DNA of 13,639 bases from a bacterium (GCA_046757165.1 JBHHXT010000122.1:1-13639), one strand, 5' to 3'. Positions 1 to 6,702 are shown, numbered from the stretch's first letter. Notes: generated by a model not told the origin, from the letters alone. Made by a program: numbers and translations.

Positions 1-81
1 TGTTCCATTCATTTGCGGTTGTCAAATCCCGTGTTTTATACGGGGCTTCGCCGCGCTGGGAATAATTCTGCACTGACAGGA

Positions 82-1236
82 CTAGAATTCTTGAATTTTC
101 ATCCTTCTGTTCAGCTCCGCGCGGTCGATTCTGCCCCGGTCGTAGGCATCCAGGTCTTTCTTCATCGCCTGAACCGTCAAGCGCTCGGGCAGAGAATGCT
201 CCGGTAGCCAGGCGTGGTCGAAGTCCACTGAGACGATGATGGCTTCATCTTCCGGCAGGGTTCTCAGCGTGTGCCCGAAGTCACCAATGAGCTCGACCAG
301 AACTTGCTTGAAATATTCAAAACTCTCGGCCACCTGTTTCCGCTGCTGCCGTTGCTTGTCGACTTCAACCTCCTCCAGGTACTGCCTGACGTAGTCCGTC
401 ACAAAGGTGTCGGATTCCTTCAAGAGAAGATTGCTATTCAGGAAAAACAACACGCCCAGACCCTCGACGTAGGTGCCTTGTTTCTTCTCGAGCGCCCCAA
501 ATTCCTGGTTGTGCTTTTGACTGAGCGCGGTGGACAGAATGTTTGCCATGATCTCGACATTGCGCCTCATCGCCTCGTCGCTCTCCTGCTCTTTGAAGGC
601 AAGCTTCTGACGAAACTGGTGCAGGGAGAGCTTGCCGCGACGATAGTCAACAATGTCTGACTTCCTGGCAGAGGCTTGGACCAGCCCGTTCTGGGGTCGC
701 GTCTCCTCGGGTTCAAAGTCAAAGACCGCCAGATTTGAACGGGGCAGAACCAGCACGGTGATGCGGTCCTCGGCCCGCATCTGTCCAATGGCGTCCGCAT
801 AGTTGCCCAGGAACTCGACAACCTGCTGCATGAGTCCCTCCCCGGTCACGCTCTTGCGGTCGAGGCGGTCCCGCGGACTGGCCACCACGACTGGCGCCGG
901 GTCATCCGGATCCGTTTTCACTTTGATCACCGCGTTGGGCTCGTGCAAGATGACTTCATTCAATTCATTGTTGCTCCAAACGAAATGAAAGATACCGTCG
1001 CGGTCCACCAGGAAAACCACGCCATACCCTTCAAAGTACACGCCGCGCACGTTGCCATGAAATGGCTCAATCAAGTGCCGGGGCGTCATGAGTTTGCTCA
1101 GCACGCCTTCCATGATGTCCAGGTCGCGCTGCATGCGCTTCCAATCGAGAGCCTCGGACCTCTGGGCCAGCAAGCTCGGCGCCAGAAGGAGCACCGAGGC
1201 AAGCATCGCCATCCATCTGGTTGAGATAAGCTTCAT
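82..1236 (-). CDS. Exported hypothetical protein with two tandem homologous domains; third gene of the ECF sigma/anti-sigma operon
   Basis: 384-aa ORF; AGGAG RBS 6 nt before ATG; N-terminal signal peptide (MKLISTRWMAMLASVLLLAPSLLA-Q); starts 16 nt after the anti-sigma stop; internal duplication visible (GVYFEGYGVVF vs GTYVEGLGVLF). Confidence 0.85.
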   Translation of the reverse strand: MKLISTRWMAMLASVLLLAPSLLAQRSEALDWKRMQRDLDIMEGVLSKLMTPRHLIEPFHGNVRGVYFEGYGVVFLVDRDGIFHFVWSNNELNEVILHEPNAVIKVKTDPDDPAPVVVASPRDRLDRKSVTGEGLMQQVVEFLGNYADAIGQMRAEDRITVLVLPRSNLAVFDFEPEETRPQNGLVQASARKSDIVDYRRGKLSLHQFRQKLAFKEQESDEAMRRNVEIMANILSTALSQKHNQEFGALEKKQGTYVEGLGVLFFLNSNLLLKESDTFVTDYVRQYLEEVEVDKQRQQRKQVAESFEYFKQVLVELIGDFGHTLRTLPEDEAIIVSVDFDHAWLPEHSLPERLTVQAMKKDLDAYDRGRIDRAELNRRMKIQEF

Positions 1237-1252
1237 CTTGTTCTCCTGATCG

Positions 1253-1957
1253 TCATTTGTTGTCGCGTCCAGCGTCCGGCCGCTGCGACACCTGCATGAG
1301 ACGTTGCAGCGCCTCGTTTGTCCGTTGCAACCGGTGGCGGTTTGACAACTGAAAGGTCTCGAGACCGCGGCCGACCCAGTGCAAGTCCTGCCGTCGCTGC
1401 CTCTCGAACTTCCTCGCGAGCCGGGTCAACGCAGCCCGGCTCTCCTGCCGCTGCCGTTCATCCAACTCCTGAATGAGCTGTCGCAGGTCCTGATAAGCGT
1501 CCTCTTTCCACAGGTCGAATTCCTCCCGGGTGACGGGGGTCGCAGACGATTCCGGCAAGGAATCCGCCCTGCGCTCAGACGGTGGCCGCAGACCAAACTG
1601 CAGAGTGAGGTTCCCCTGCTCGTAAGTCGCGCGCAGATTCACCAGGACCAGGATGATCAGCACCACGGCTAACCCAACCATCACGCCAGGCCCCAGCCGG
1701 CGCCAGCCTCTCGTGCGAAAGCTGGCAGAGCTGCCCGGGCTCGCACGGGGTGCCGACACTGCCGGGAAGGTTAGATTGAAATCCGGCACCTCATCTGCTG
1801 ACAGACGGAGCAGTCGCGAAGTCTCCTGCAATCTCGCCAGCACCCGCTTGCAGGTTCGACACGTTCTGGCATGGGTCTCCACCTGTGCATACTCCGTCTC
1901 CGACAGTTCGGCATAAAGATATGCAATCAACTGTTCTTTTGAAAAATCACATCTCAT
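1253..1957 (-). CDS. Zinc-binding (zf-HC2/ZAS) transmembrane anti-sigma factor
   Basis: Start reassigned to ATG at 1957 (MRCDFSKEQLIAYL...), overlapping the sigma gene end by 11 nt; N-terminal Cys plus HARTCRTC (HxxxCxxC); one TM helix (GVMVGLAVVLIILVLV); charged helical C-terminal region; 234 aa. Confidence 0.88.
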   Translation of the reverse strand: MRCDFSKEQLIAYLYAELSETEYAQVETHARTCRTCKRVLARLQETSRLLRLSADEVPDFNLTFPAVSAPRASPGSSASFRTRGWRRLGPGVMVGLAVVLIILVLVNLRATYEQGNLTLQFGLRPPSERRADSLPESSATPVTREEFDLWKEDAYQDLRQLIQELDERQRQESRAALTRLARKFERQRRQDLHWVGRGLETFQLSNRHRLQRTNEALQRLMQVSQRPDAGRDNK

Positions 1958-2549
1958 CGTTGACGCTCTCCTTATCAATCTTCCATTCTTTGAAAACTTT
2001 GCGCAAAGCCGCAAGCCCATAATACATCCTCGATTTTGCGGTATTTTCGGAGATGCCTAGAATATCGGCGATTTCCTTGAACTTCAGATTCTGGTACTCT
2101 TTCATAATGATGACCACGCGCTGCGGTTCTGATATTTCCTGCAAGGCACGATTGAGCAGATGGGTCAGGTCGTTGGCACACGCCTGCTGCTCGGGATCCG
2201 GTTGCGGTTCAGGCGGCACCAGATCTTCTCCATCATGTCCGCCGTTCGAATTCTCGCGCAGCTCATCCAGAGACAAAAGTGGTCGCCGTTTGATGGCTTT
2301 CAGCTCATCGCGGCAGAGATTGACGGCAATTTGAAAAAGCCAGGTCGAGAATTTCTCCACCTGCTGCAGCCCGTGTAGCTTGTCGTAAACCCGAACGAAA
2401 GTCTTCTGGCTGATATCCCTCGCAAGCTCGCGATCGCCGAGATAGCGTGAGATGAAATTGTACACGGGCTTCTGCCATCTCCACACCAGGGTGTTGAAGG
2501 CATGGACATTGCCATCCAGGAACTGCACGATGAGTTTGTCGTCTGTCAT
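1947..2549 (-). CDS. ECF-family RNA polymerase sigma-70 factor
   Basis: Region 2 (DISQKTFVRVY...FSTWLFQIAVNLCRD) and region 4 HTH (LKFKEIADILGISENTAKSRMYYG); typical start MTDDKLIV...GNVHAFNTLV. Start at 2549 preferred over 2603 because an ECF-type promoter overlaps 2603. Confidence 0.93.
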   Translation of the reverse strand: MTDDKLIVQFLDGNVHAFNTLVWRWQKPVYNFISRYLGDRELARDISQKTFVRVYDKLHGLQQVEKFSTWLFQIAVNLCRDELKAIKRRPLLSLDELRENSNGGHDGEDLVPPEPQPDPEQQACANDLTHLLNRALQEISEPQRVVIIMKEYQNLKFKEIADILGISENTAKSRMYYGLAALRKVFKEWKIDKESVNDEM

Positions 2550-2585
2550 GAATCGTTGAGGTTCGATTACTCTTGCATACCGTTT

Positions 2586-2612
2586 GACGACTGAAACGCG
2601 CATAAAGTTTTA
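2586..2612 (-). promoter_or_regulatory. Candidate autoregulatory ECF promoter
   Basis: Minus strand reads TAAAAC-N17-CGTC(AA), matching the generic ECF AAC...CGT pattern, 36 nt upstream of the sigma ATG at 2549. Confidence 0.6.
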
Positions 2613-2664
2613 AACCTGCTTCCCGGGATTCGCCGGTAGGAGGGCGTCATTTTTCGCTCTTGAA

Positions 2665-2690
2665 GGAATTTTACGCGGGCCGAATTCGTT
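2665..2690 (+). promoter_or_regulatory. Candidate ECF promoter for the DUF3179 selenoprotein gene
   Basis: GGAAT (2665-2669)-N18-GTT (2688-2690), the pattern of SigR/SigH-type promoters, 43 nt upstream of ATG 2734. The motif is short, so a chance match is possible. Confidence 0.4.
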
Positions 2691-2733
2691 TTCTAAAGTG
2701 TTCAGCAACCCACATAACATTCGAGGAGAACTT

Positions 2734-3729
2734 ATGAACGTTCTGCAACAGATATTCTGGTGTTCCGGCACATTGCTCCTGACTCTCTTCACAGGTAGTT
2801 ATGCCCAAAACAATGACCTGCCAAAGGAATTCAGACAGATCATCCCCCGCGGCAGAATCGCTGCTATCTCACAACCCACTTTTGTCACCGCCCGGGAAGC
2901 AGACATCGGTGGCGACTCCTGGGTCCTGGGCGTTGTCATCGACGGGCAGGCGAAAGCCTATAGCCTCACCTTGCTCAACAGCCATGAGATCGTCAACGAC
3001 CGGATCGGTGACACCAATTTTGCGGCCGTGTGGTGACCGCTGGCCAACACGGCCGTCGTGTACGGCCGGGATTACCAGGGGAAAACCCTCAACTTCGAAG
3101 CCTCCGGGGGCCTGATCCACAGCTCCTTGGTGATGCAAGATTTCGAAACCGATTCCTACTGGGCGATCATGACGGGAGCGTCCATCGCCGGGGCGTTCAA
3201 AGGAACAAAACTGCAAGAATTGCCGATCGGCAAAAAAGTAAAGTGGAAAGACTGGGTCAAAGAACACCCGAACACGCTGATCCTCTCCGTCCGCGGCCGC
3301 GAAGACGGGGTCGACGTTTATCGTGATTATTTCTATTCGCCACAGGGATTTGGCGGCGAGCGCGCCCGGGATTCCCGCCTGCGCACAAAGGAGCCGATCT
3401 TTGCCTTCCGCTTCCATGGCAAGAACTACGCGATCGAGCTGAAATCCCTCGAGGGCGGCAGAGCCTTCGATGTCGATGGCACGACGGTATTCTTCTACCG
3501 GCCCAAAGGTGCGAAAATGTTTCATTCCACGCTCGCCTTCGCAAGTGGGGGCAGCGGCTTTAGCCGGGAAAGCGGCCAGTGGCAGGAAAACGATTCCGGC
3601 TGCATCTTCAACCCGGAAACCGGCAGGTTTGAAGGGGAGGACGCTTGCGCAAGCCGGCTGGACGGAGGCTTTGATACCTTTTGGTACAATTGGAGTTTGG
3701 CCAACCCAGAGACTGAAATCTTGAAATAG
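2734..3729 (+). CDS. DUF3179-family exported selenoprotein (331 aa, Sec101 encoded by TGA 3034-3036)
   Basis: ORFs 2698..3036 and 3058..3729 share one frame, separated only by TGA; read-through gives NFAAVW-U-PLANTAVVYGR, aligned with the family CPLC motif. DUF3179-like motifs lie on both sides (IAAISQPTF, AKAYSLTLLNSHEIVND; LVMQDFETDSYW, WKDWVKEHPNT, FWYNW...P). GAGGAG RBS, signal peptide, SECIS-like hairpin and adjacent tRNA-Sec. Confidence 0.9.
3037..3081 (+). promoter_or_regulatory. Bacterial SECIS element (putative)
   Basis: Directly after the TGA: lower stem CTGG (3040-3043)/CCAG (3075-3078), internal loop, perfect 7-bp upper stem CGGCCGT (3050-3056)/ACGGCCG (3062-3068), apical loop CGTGT with G at position 2 followed by U; 20 nt between UGA and loop. 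Confidence 0.78.
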
Positions 3730-3748
3730 GTTCCGGTTGGCTGGCCAC

Positions 3749-3877
3749 GGTGTTCACGCTTTAGCGTGTCCACGCAGGGCGCGGTTTTGCAGGAAAGTAA
3801 ACCGGCGTGCCCCACCGCCCCGCAAGCTGAAGCTTGTACACCGGTCCGCCCCGATTCGGGAGTTCTGCTTTAGCGTG
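3749..3877. repeat. Cluster of three REP-like palindromic units
   Basis: GGTGTTCACGCTTTAGCGTG (+, 3749-3768), GGTGTACAAGCTTCAGCTTG (-, 3823-3842), degenerate GGAGTTCTGCTTTAGCGTG (+, 3859-3877). Confidence 0.7.
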
Positions 3878-3909
3878 TTTACCTGGAAGCGTCTCTGCCT
3901 ATCAAACAC

Positions 3910-3945
3910 AAACCCCGAGGTTAGCCCCCTCGGGGTTTTGTTTTT
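3910..3945. terminator. Intrinsic terminator, probably bidirectional, between the selenoprotein gene and selC
   Basis: 11-bp perfect stem AAACCCCGAGG (3910-3920)/CCTCGGGGTTT (3928-3938), 7-nt loop, T-rich tails on both strands. Confidence 0.85.
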
Positions 3946-3946
3946 G

Positions 3947-4045
3947 TGGCGGGAATGTGTGGGAATCGAACCCACCCATCCTGAGGCGACTCAGGACGCA
4001 ACGGTTTTGAAGACCGCGGAGGCCACCAGGCACCCATCCATTCCC
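3947..4045 (-). tRNA. selC: tRNA-Sec (anticodon TCA)
   Basis: 99 nt on the minus strand: acceptor GGGAATGG/ACATTCCC, long D-stem with 4-nt TGGT loop, anticodon arm GCGGT-CTTCAAA-ACCGT, 9-bp variable arm CGTCCTGAG/CTCAGGATG, T-arm GTGGG-TTCGATT-CCCAC, G discriminator and encoded CCA. Confidence 0.97.
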
Positions 4046-4096
4046 GGGCAAAAATGGCACAAAAACCGCTTGCCTGTGCTGCGTGTGCCACGTTCG

Positions 4097-4125
4097 AAAA
4101 TAGAGAACCTGCAGAAACTTTTCAA
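4097..4125 (-). promoter_or_regulatory. Sigma-70 promoter of selC (putative)
   Basis: Minus strand TTGAAA (4125-4120)-N17-TATTTT (4102-4097), about 50 nt upstream of the tRNA 5' end. Confidence 0.55.
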
Positions 4126-4185
4126 GCAATTGTTTGCCCACTTGAATGTCCCCCATTTTTTGAGGACAGTTCATTCACCTGATCC

Positions 4186-4246
4186 AACACGGTTTGCAAC
4201 CGTGTTTTAGGGACAAATGCGAAAGGGATCCACAGTTGCAACTGTG
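4186..4246. repeat. Pair of related palindromes upstream of the selC promoter
   Basis: AACACGGTT-TGC-AACCGTGTT (4186-4206) and perfect 16-bp CACAGTTGCAACTGTG (4231-4246), each preceded by GATC. Confidence 0.7.
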
Positions 4247-4327
4247 CAGGATCGCTCCTTCTCGATTCCTGTCTTGAATTATCACAAGCGGATTAAGGCC
4301 GTGCCGGGACGCACCGACTATCGCGAC

Positions 4328-4924
4328 TTACTCCTGCGGCTCGATATAGTATCGCATGACCGGCCTCGTTTCTGAACGACGCGCACACTCCACAAAGCCG
4401 GCTTTTTCAAAAGCAGACTGAAAGCCAGTGCAAGCAAAAACGACTGGATAGCCATCTGTTTTCGGCGCCACCGGGTAGCCCTCGAGAATGGTGGCGCCCC
4501 GCTCTTTCACATAGTCGATGACGGCCTCGAGGAGGGCGCGGGTCAGACCACATCTTCTGAGATCCTTTGTCACAAAAAAACAGACAATCGACCACACTGG
4601 TCTGTCATCGACAGGCTTTAGAATGTGAGACCGTTGCAGAACCGGGAACTCCTCTCTTGGCGCGACAGAGCACCAGGCAACCGCCCGGTCGCCGCAGTAA
4701 GCCAGAAGCCCCGGGACGGTCCCCGCATCAACCCGTGCTTTGATCGCGTGCTTATTGCCGTCACCTTTGTTGCGCTCAAATTCAGAGCGCTTCAAACGGT
4801 ACCACATACACCAGCACCCGCCACAAGCACCGCGCGCGCCAAAGAGGTTCTCAAAATCTGGCCATCGTTCCGGTGTCAGCGGCTCGAAGTGTAGATTCGA
4901 AAGAGTTTCTGATTTGACTGCCAC
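4328..4924 (-). CDS. GNAT-family N-acetyltransferase (CWC-motif type)
   Basis: PLTPERWPDFENLFG..GACGGCWCM, GLLAY...AWCSVAPR, WSIVCFFV..DLRRCGLTRALL (acetyl-CoA motif A), LEGYP, FEKAGF. GTG at 4924 has GGAG 7 nt upstream; the alternative start is GTG 4945. Confidence 0.88.
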   Translation of the reverse strand: MAVKSETLSNLHFEPLTPERWPDFENLFGARGACGGCWCMWYRLKRSEFERNKGDGNKHAIKARVDAGTVPGLLAYCGDRAVAWCSVAPREEFPVLQRSHILKPVDDRPVWSIVCFFVTKDLRRCGLTRALLEAVIDYVKERGATILEGYPVAPKTDGYPVVFACTGFQSAFEKAGFVECARRSETRPVMRYYIEPQE

Positions 4925-5161
4925 GCTCTGTCTCCGGTTTTGCACCTCAAAACTCGGGTTGCCAGGCGAAATCCCTGCAACCGGGTCAAATTTCTTGTCC
5001 GCCTGCCGTTCTTATTACAAAGTAGGAACAATTTAACCGGTAGAAGGGAAACATGCAATCGAATCATCACCGAAATCACTCGCGAAGTCAAATTCGCCGC
5101 CATTGTCCTAACCTGAATAATTCATTCACCGCAAAGGCAGGAAGAACGCAAAGAGGCTAGT

Positions 5162-5281
5162 TTTTTTCGCAGACTTCGCTGCGAAAAAAGTCATTAGCGC
5201 TTCGCGCCGTCATTTGGTCATTGCCTGCTCAATGCCGCCCACAGGGCAAATGACAACAAATGACGAGCAAAGCTCAATGAC
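5162..5281. repeat. Structured intergenic element: 11-bp hairpin plus a branched GTCATT/AATGAC inverted repeat
   Basis: TTTTTTCGCAG/CTGCGAAAAAA hairpin (5162-5189); three GTCATT (5190, 5209, 5217) mirrored by three AATGAC (5249, 5259, 5276). Confidence 0.6.
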
Positions 5282-5316
5282 GGGCCTTTTCTGAAACGGT
5301 TGATCCAAAAGAAATT

Positions 5317-5336
5317 ATCGACAAAACTTTGTCGAT
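5317..5336. promoter_or_regulatory. Perfect inverted repeat, possible operator
   Basis: ATCGACAAA-AC-TTTGTCGAT in the divergent GNAT/GT2 intergenic region, about 95 nt before the GT2 ATG. Confidence 0.4.
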
Positions 5337-5430
5337 GTCTGGCGCCAAGCGCCTAAGAAGCACGTACGCAACCGGGGCCCTTTTGGAGTACTATCACTAA
5401 AACACGCACCCAGAGAGAAACACGGAGCTT

Positions 5431-6243
5431 ATGGCATTCAGAGAGAAGAAAGTTGTCGTGATCATGCCCGCCTTTAACGCAGCTCGTACGTTGCGTCGCA
5501 CCTACGACGAGGTGATGGCGCAGAACGTCGTCGATCAGGTCATCATCGTCGACGACGGGAGTCAGGATGAGACCTCGGCCATCGCCGGCACGCTGCCACA
5601 TGCCAGGCTCTTCACGTGCAAACAGAATCGAGGCTACGGCGCCAATCAGAAGATATGCTACCGGCTGGCGCTGGAGGAAGGGGGAGACATCATCATCATG
5701 GTGCACCCGGACTATCAGTACACGCCGCGCCTGATTCCGGCCATGGTTTCTGTCATCGGCAATGAGCTCTATGACTGTGTCCTGGGCTCCAGGATCCTGG
5801 GCGGGTACGCGCTCAAAGGGGGCATGCCCGGCTGGAAATACCTCAGCAACCGTTTTCTGACACTGGTCGAAAACCTGCTCACGGGCGCTAACCTGTCGGA
5901 ATACCATACCGGCTACCGGGCCTTCTCGCGCCGTCTCATCGAGCAGATTCCGTTTCATCTCAACTCGGACGATTTTGTTTTTGATAACCAGATGTTGGCG
6001 CAGATCCTGTGGTATGGATACACCATTGCCGAAATCACCTGTCCCACGCGCTACTTTCCGGAAGCCTCCTCTATCAACCTGCAACGGAGCATCGAATACG
6101 GATTCGGGTGTCTGGCAACGGGTTTGTCTTTCCGGCTCGCTAAATGGGGACTGGTGCGCAGTCCCATTTTTCCGTCTCCTGCAGAGCTCTCCCCTGAGAA
6201 CCTACATTCGTCCCGGATCGCTGTCTGCGAAATTGACACCTGA
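5431..6243 (+). CDS. Glycosyltransferase family 2 (DPM1/polyprenol-phosphate glycosyltransferase-like)
   Basis: VVIMPAFNAA, IIVDDGSQDET, NRGYGANQK, HPDYQY, GSR, HTGYRAF motifs; GGAG RBS; 270 aa. Confidence 0.93.
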   Translation: MAFREKKVVVIMPAFNAARTLRRTYDEVMAQNVVDQVIIVDDGSQDETSAIAGTLPHARLFTCKQNRGYGANQKICYRLALEEGGDIIIMVHPDYQYTPRLIPAMVSVIGNELYDCVLGSRILGGYALKGGMPGWKYLSNRFLTLVENLLTGANLSEYHTGYRAFSRRLIEQIPFHLNSDDFVFDNQMLAQILWYGYTIAEITCPTRYFPEASSINLQRSIEYGFGCLATGLSFRLAKWGLVRSPIFPSPAELSPENLHSSRIAVCEIDT

Positions 6244-6595
6244 GCACTCCGCTTGCAAAATTTGGCGTATTATGATCAAGCACCGGTCCCGGGGGTGTCT
6301 AAAAAGGCCTACTTTTTCTATCATTCCCGCGAAAGGCACGGCGTTGCCTTGCAAACCAGAATCCGCGCCAAGAGTCCTCCCCCTTTCCAAAACTTATCGT
6401 CGTATGTAGAAAGTGCAAAACAAAACAGTTTACTCATTAGCGTTTTAGTATTATCTTCCTGCAAGAGAGCATGACCGTCCCTTGGGTCATCGAATCCGTC
6501 CCGGAGTTTATGCTCTTGCCAGGAAAAGTCTATGTCACCAAGTTCGGGATCGAAGAGCCTGTCTCTTCCTAATTCCGAAGGTAGCCAGGACAAGT

Positions 6596-6702
6596 GACAA
6601 ACACACGGCGCCCAGAGCCCTTTTCGTCGATTGCGGGCGCGGGGGGCATGAGAGCGAAACGGCGACAAACACACGTATGCCCTGTCGCCTCTTCGTCGGT
6701 TG
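6596..6702. repeat. Imperfect ~39-bp direct repeat, two copies
   Basis: GACAAACACACG-GCGCCCAGAGCCCTTTTCGTCGATTG (6596-6633) and GACAAACACACGTATGCCCTGTCGCCTCTTCGTCGGTTG (6664-6702). Confidence 0.65.

Noticed and set aside
1..45. Small hairpin (28-44) and a possible minus-strand gene start at position 12
   Set aside because: The hairpin has no U-tail in the operon direction and the putative ORF leaves the window after four codons.
3058..3729. 223-aa ORF as an independent gene
   Set aside because: No RBS, the GTG lies within the SECIS-like loop, and it is the in-frame continuation of the DUF3179 protein.
3900..4045. selC as integration site of a genomic island
   Set aside because: No integrase and no duplicated tRNA 3' end seen in the window; the terminator directly follows the CCA end.
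4055..4090. Sigma-54-like TGGCAC-N7-GC on the plus strand
   Set aside because: It points away from selC toward no gene and lacks the TTGC -12 consensus; better explained as one arm of a TGGCACA/TGTGCCA hairpin in the pre-tRNA leader.
3737..4210. 157-aa plus-strand ORF and overlapping short minus-strand ORFs
   Set aside because: They run across REP-like repeats, a terminator and the tRNA-Sec gene; not protein-like.
6293..6352. Fragments resembling MITE or REP ends (GGGTGTCTAAAAAGGCC, TCATTCCCGCGAAAG)
   Set aside because: Too short and degenerate, with no matching partner end identified.
6241..6474. GT2 ends in TGA and the frame stays open for about 76 more codons (ORF 6253..6474), suggesting a second Sec read-through
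   Set aside because: The GT2 domain is already complete, the TGA is not at a conserved Cys position, no SECIS-like hairpin follows, and the extension runs through repeat-like sequence.
6471..6572. 33-aa small ORF MTVPWVIESVPEFMLLPGKVYVTKFGIEEPVSS
   Set aside because: Weak RBS and no recognisable similarity; cannot be supported from sequence alone.
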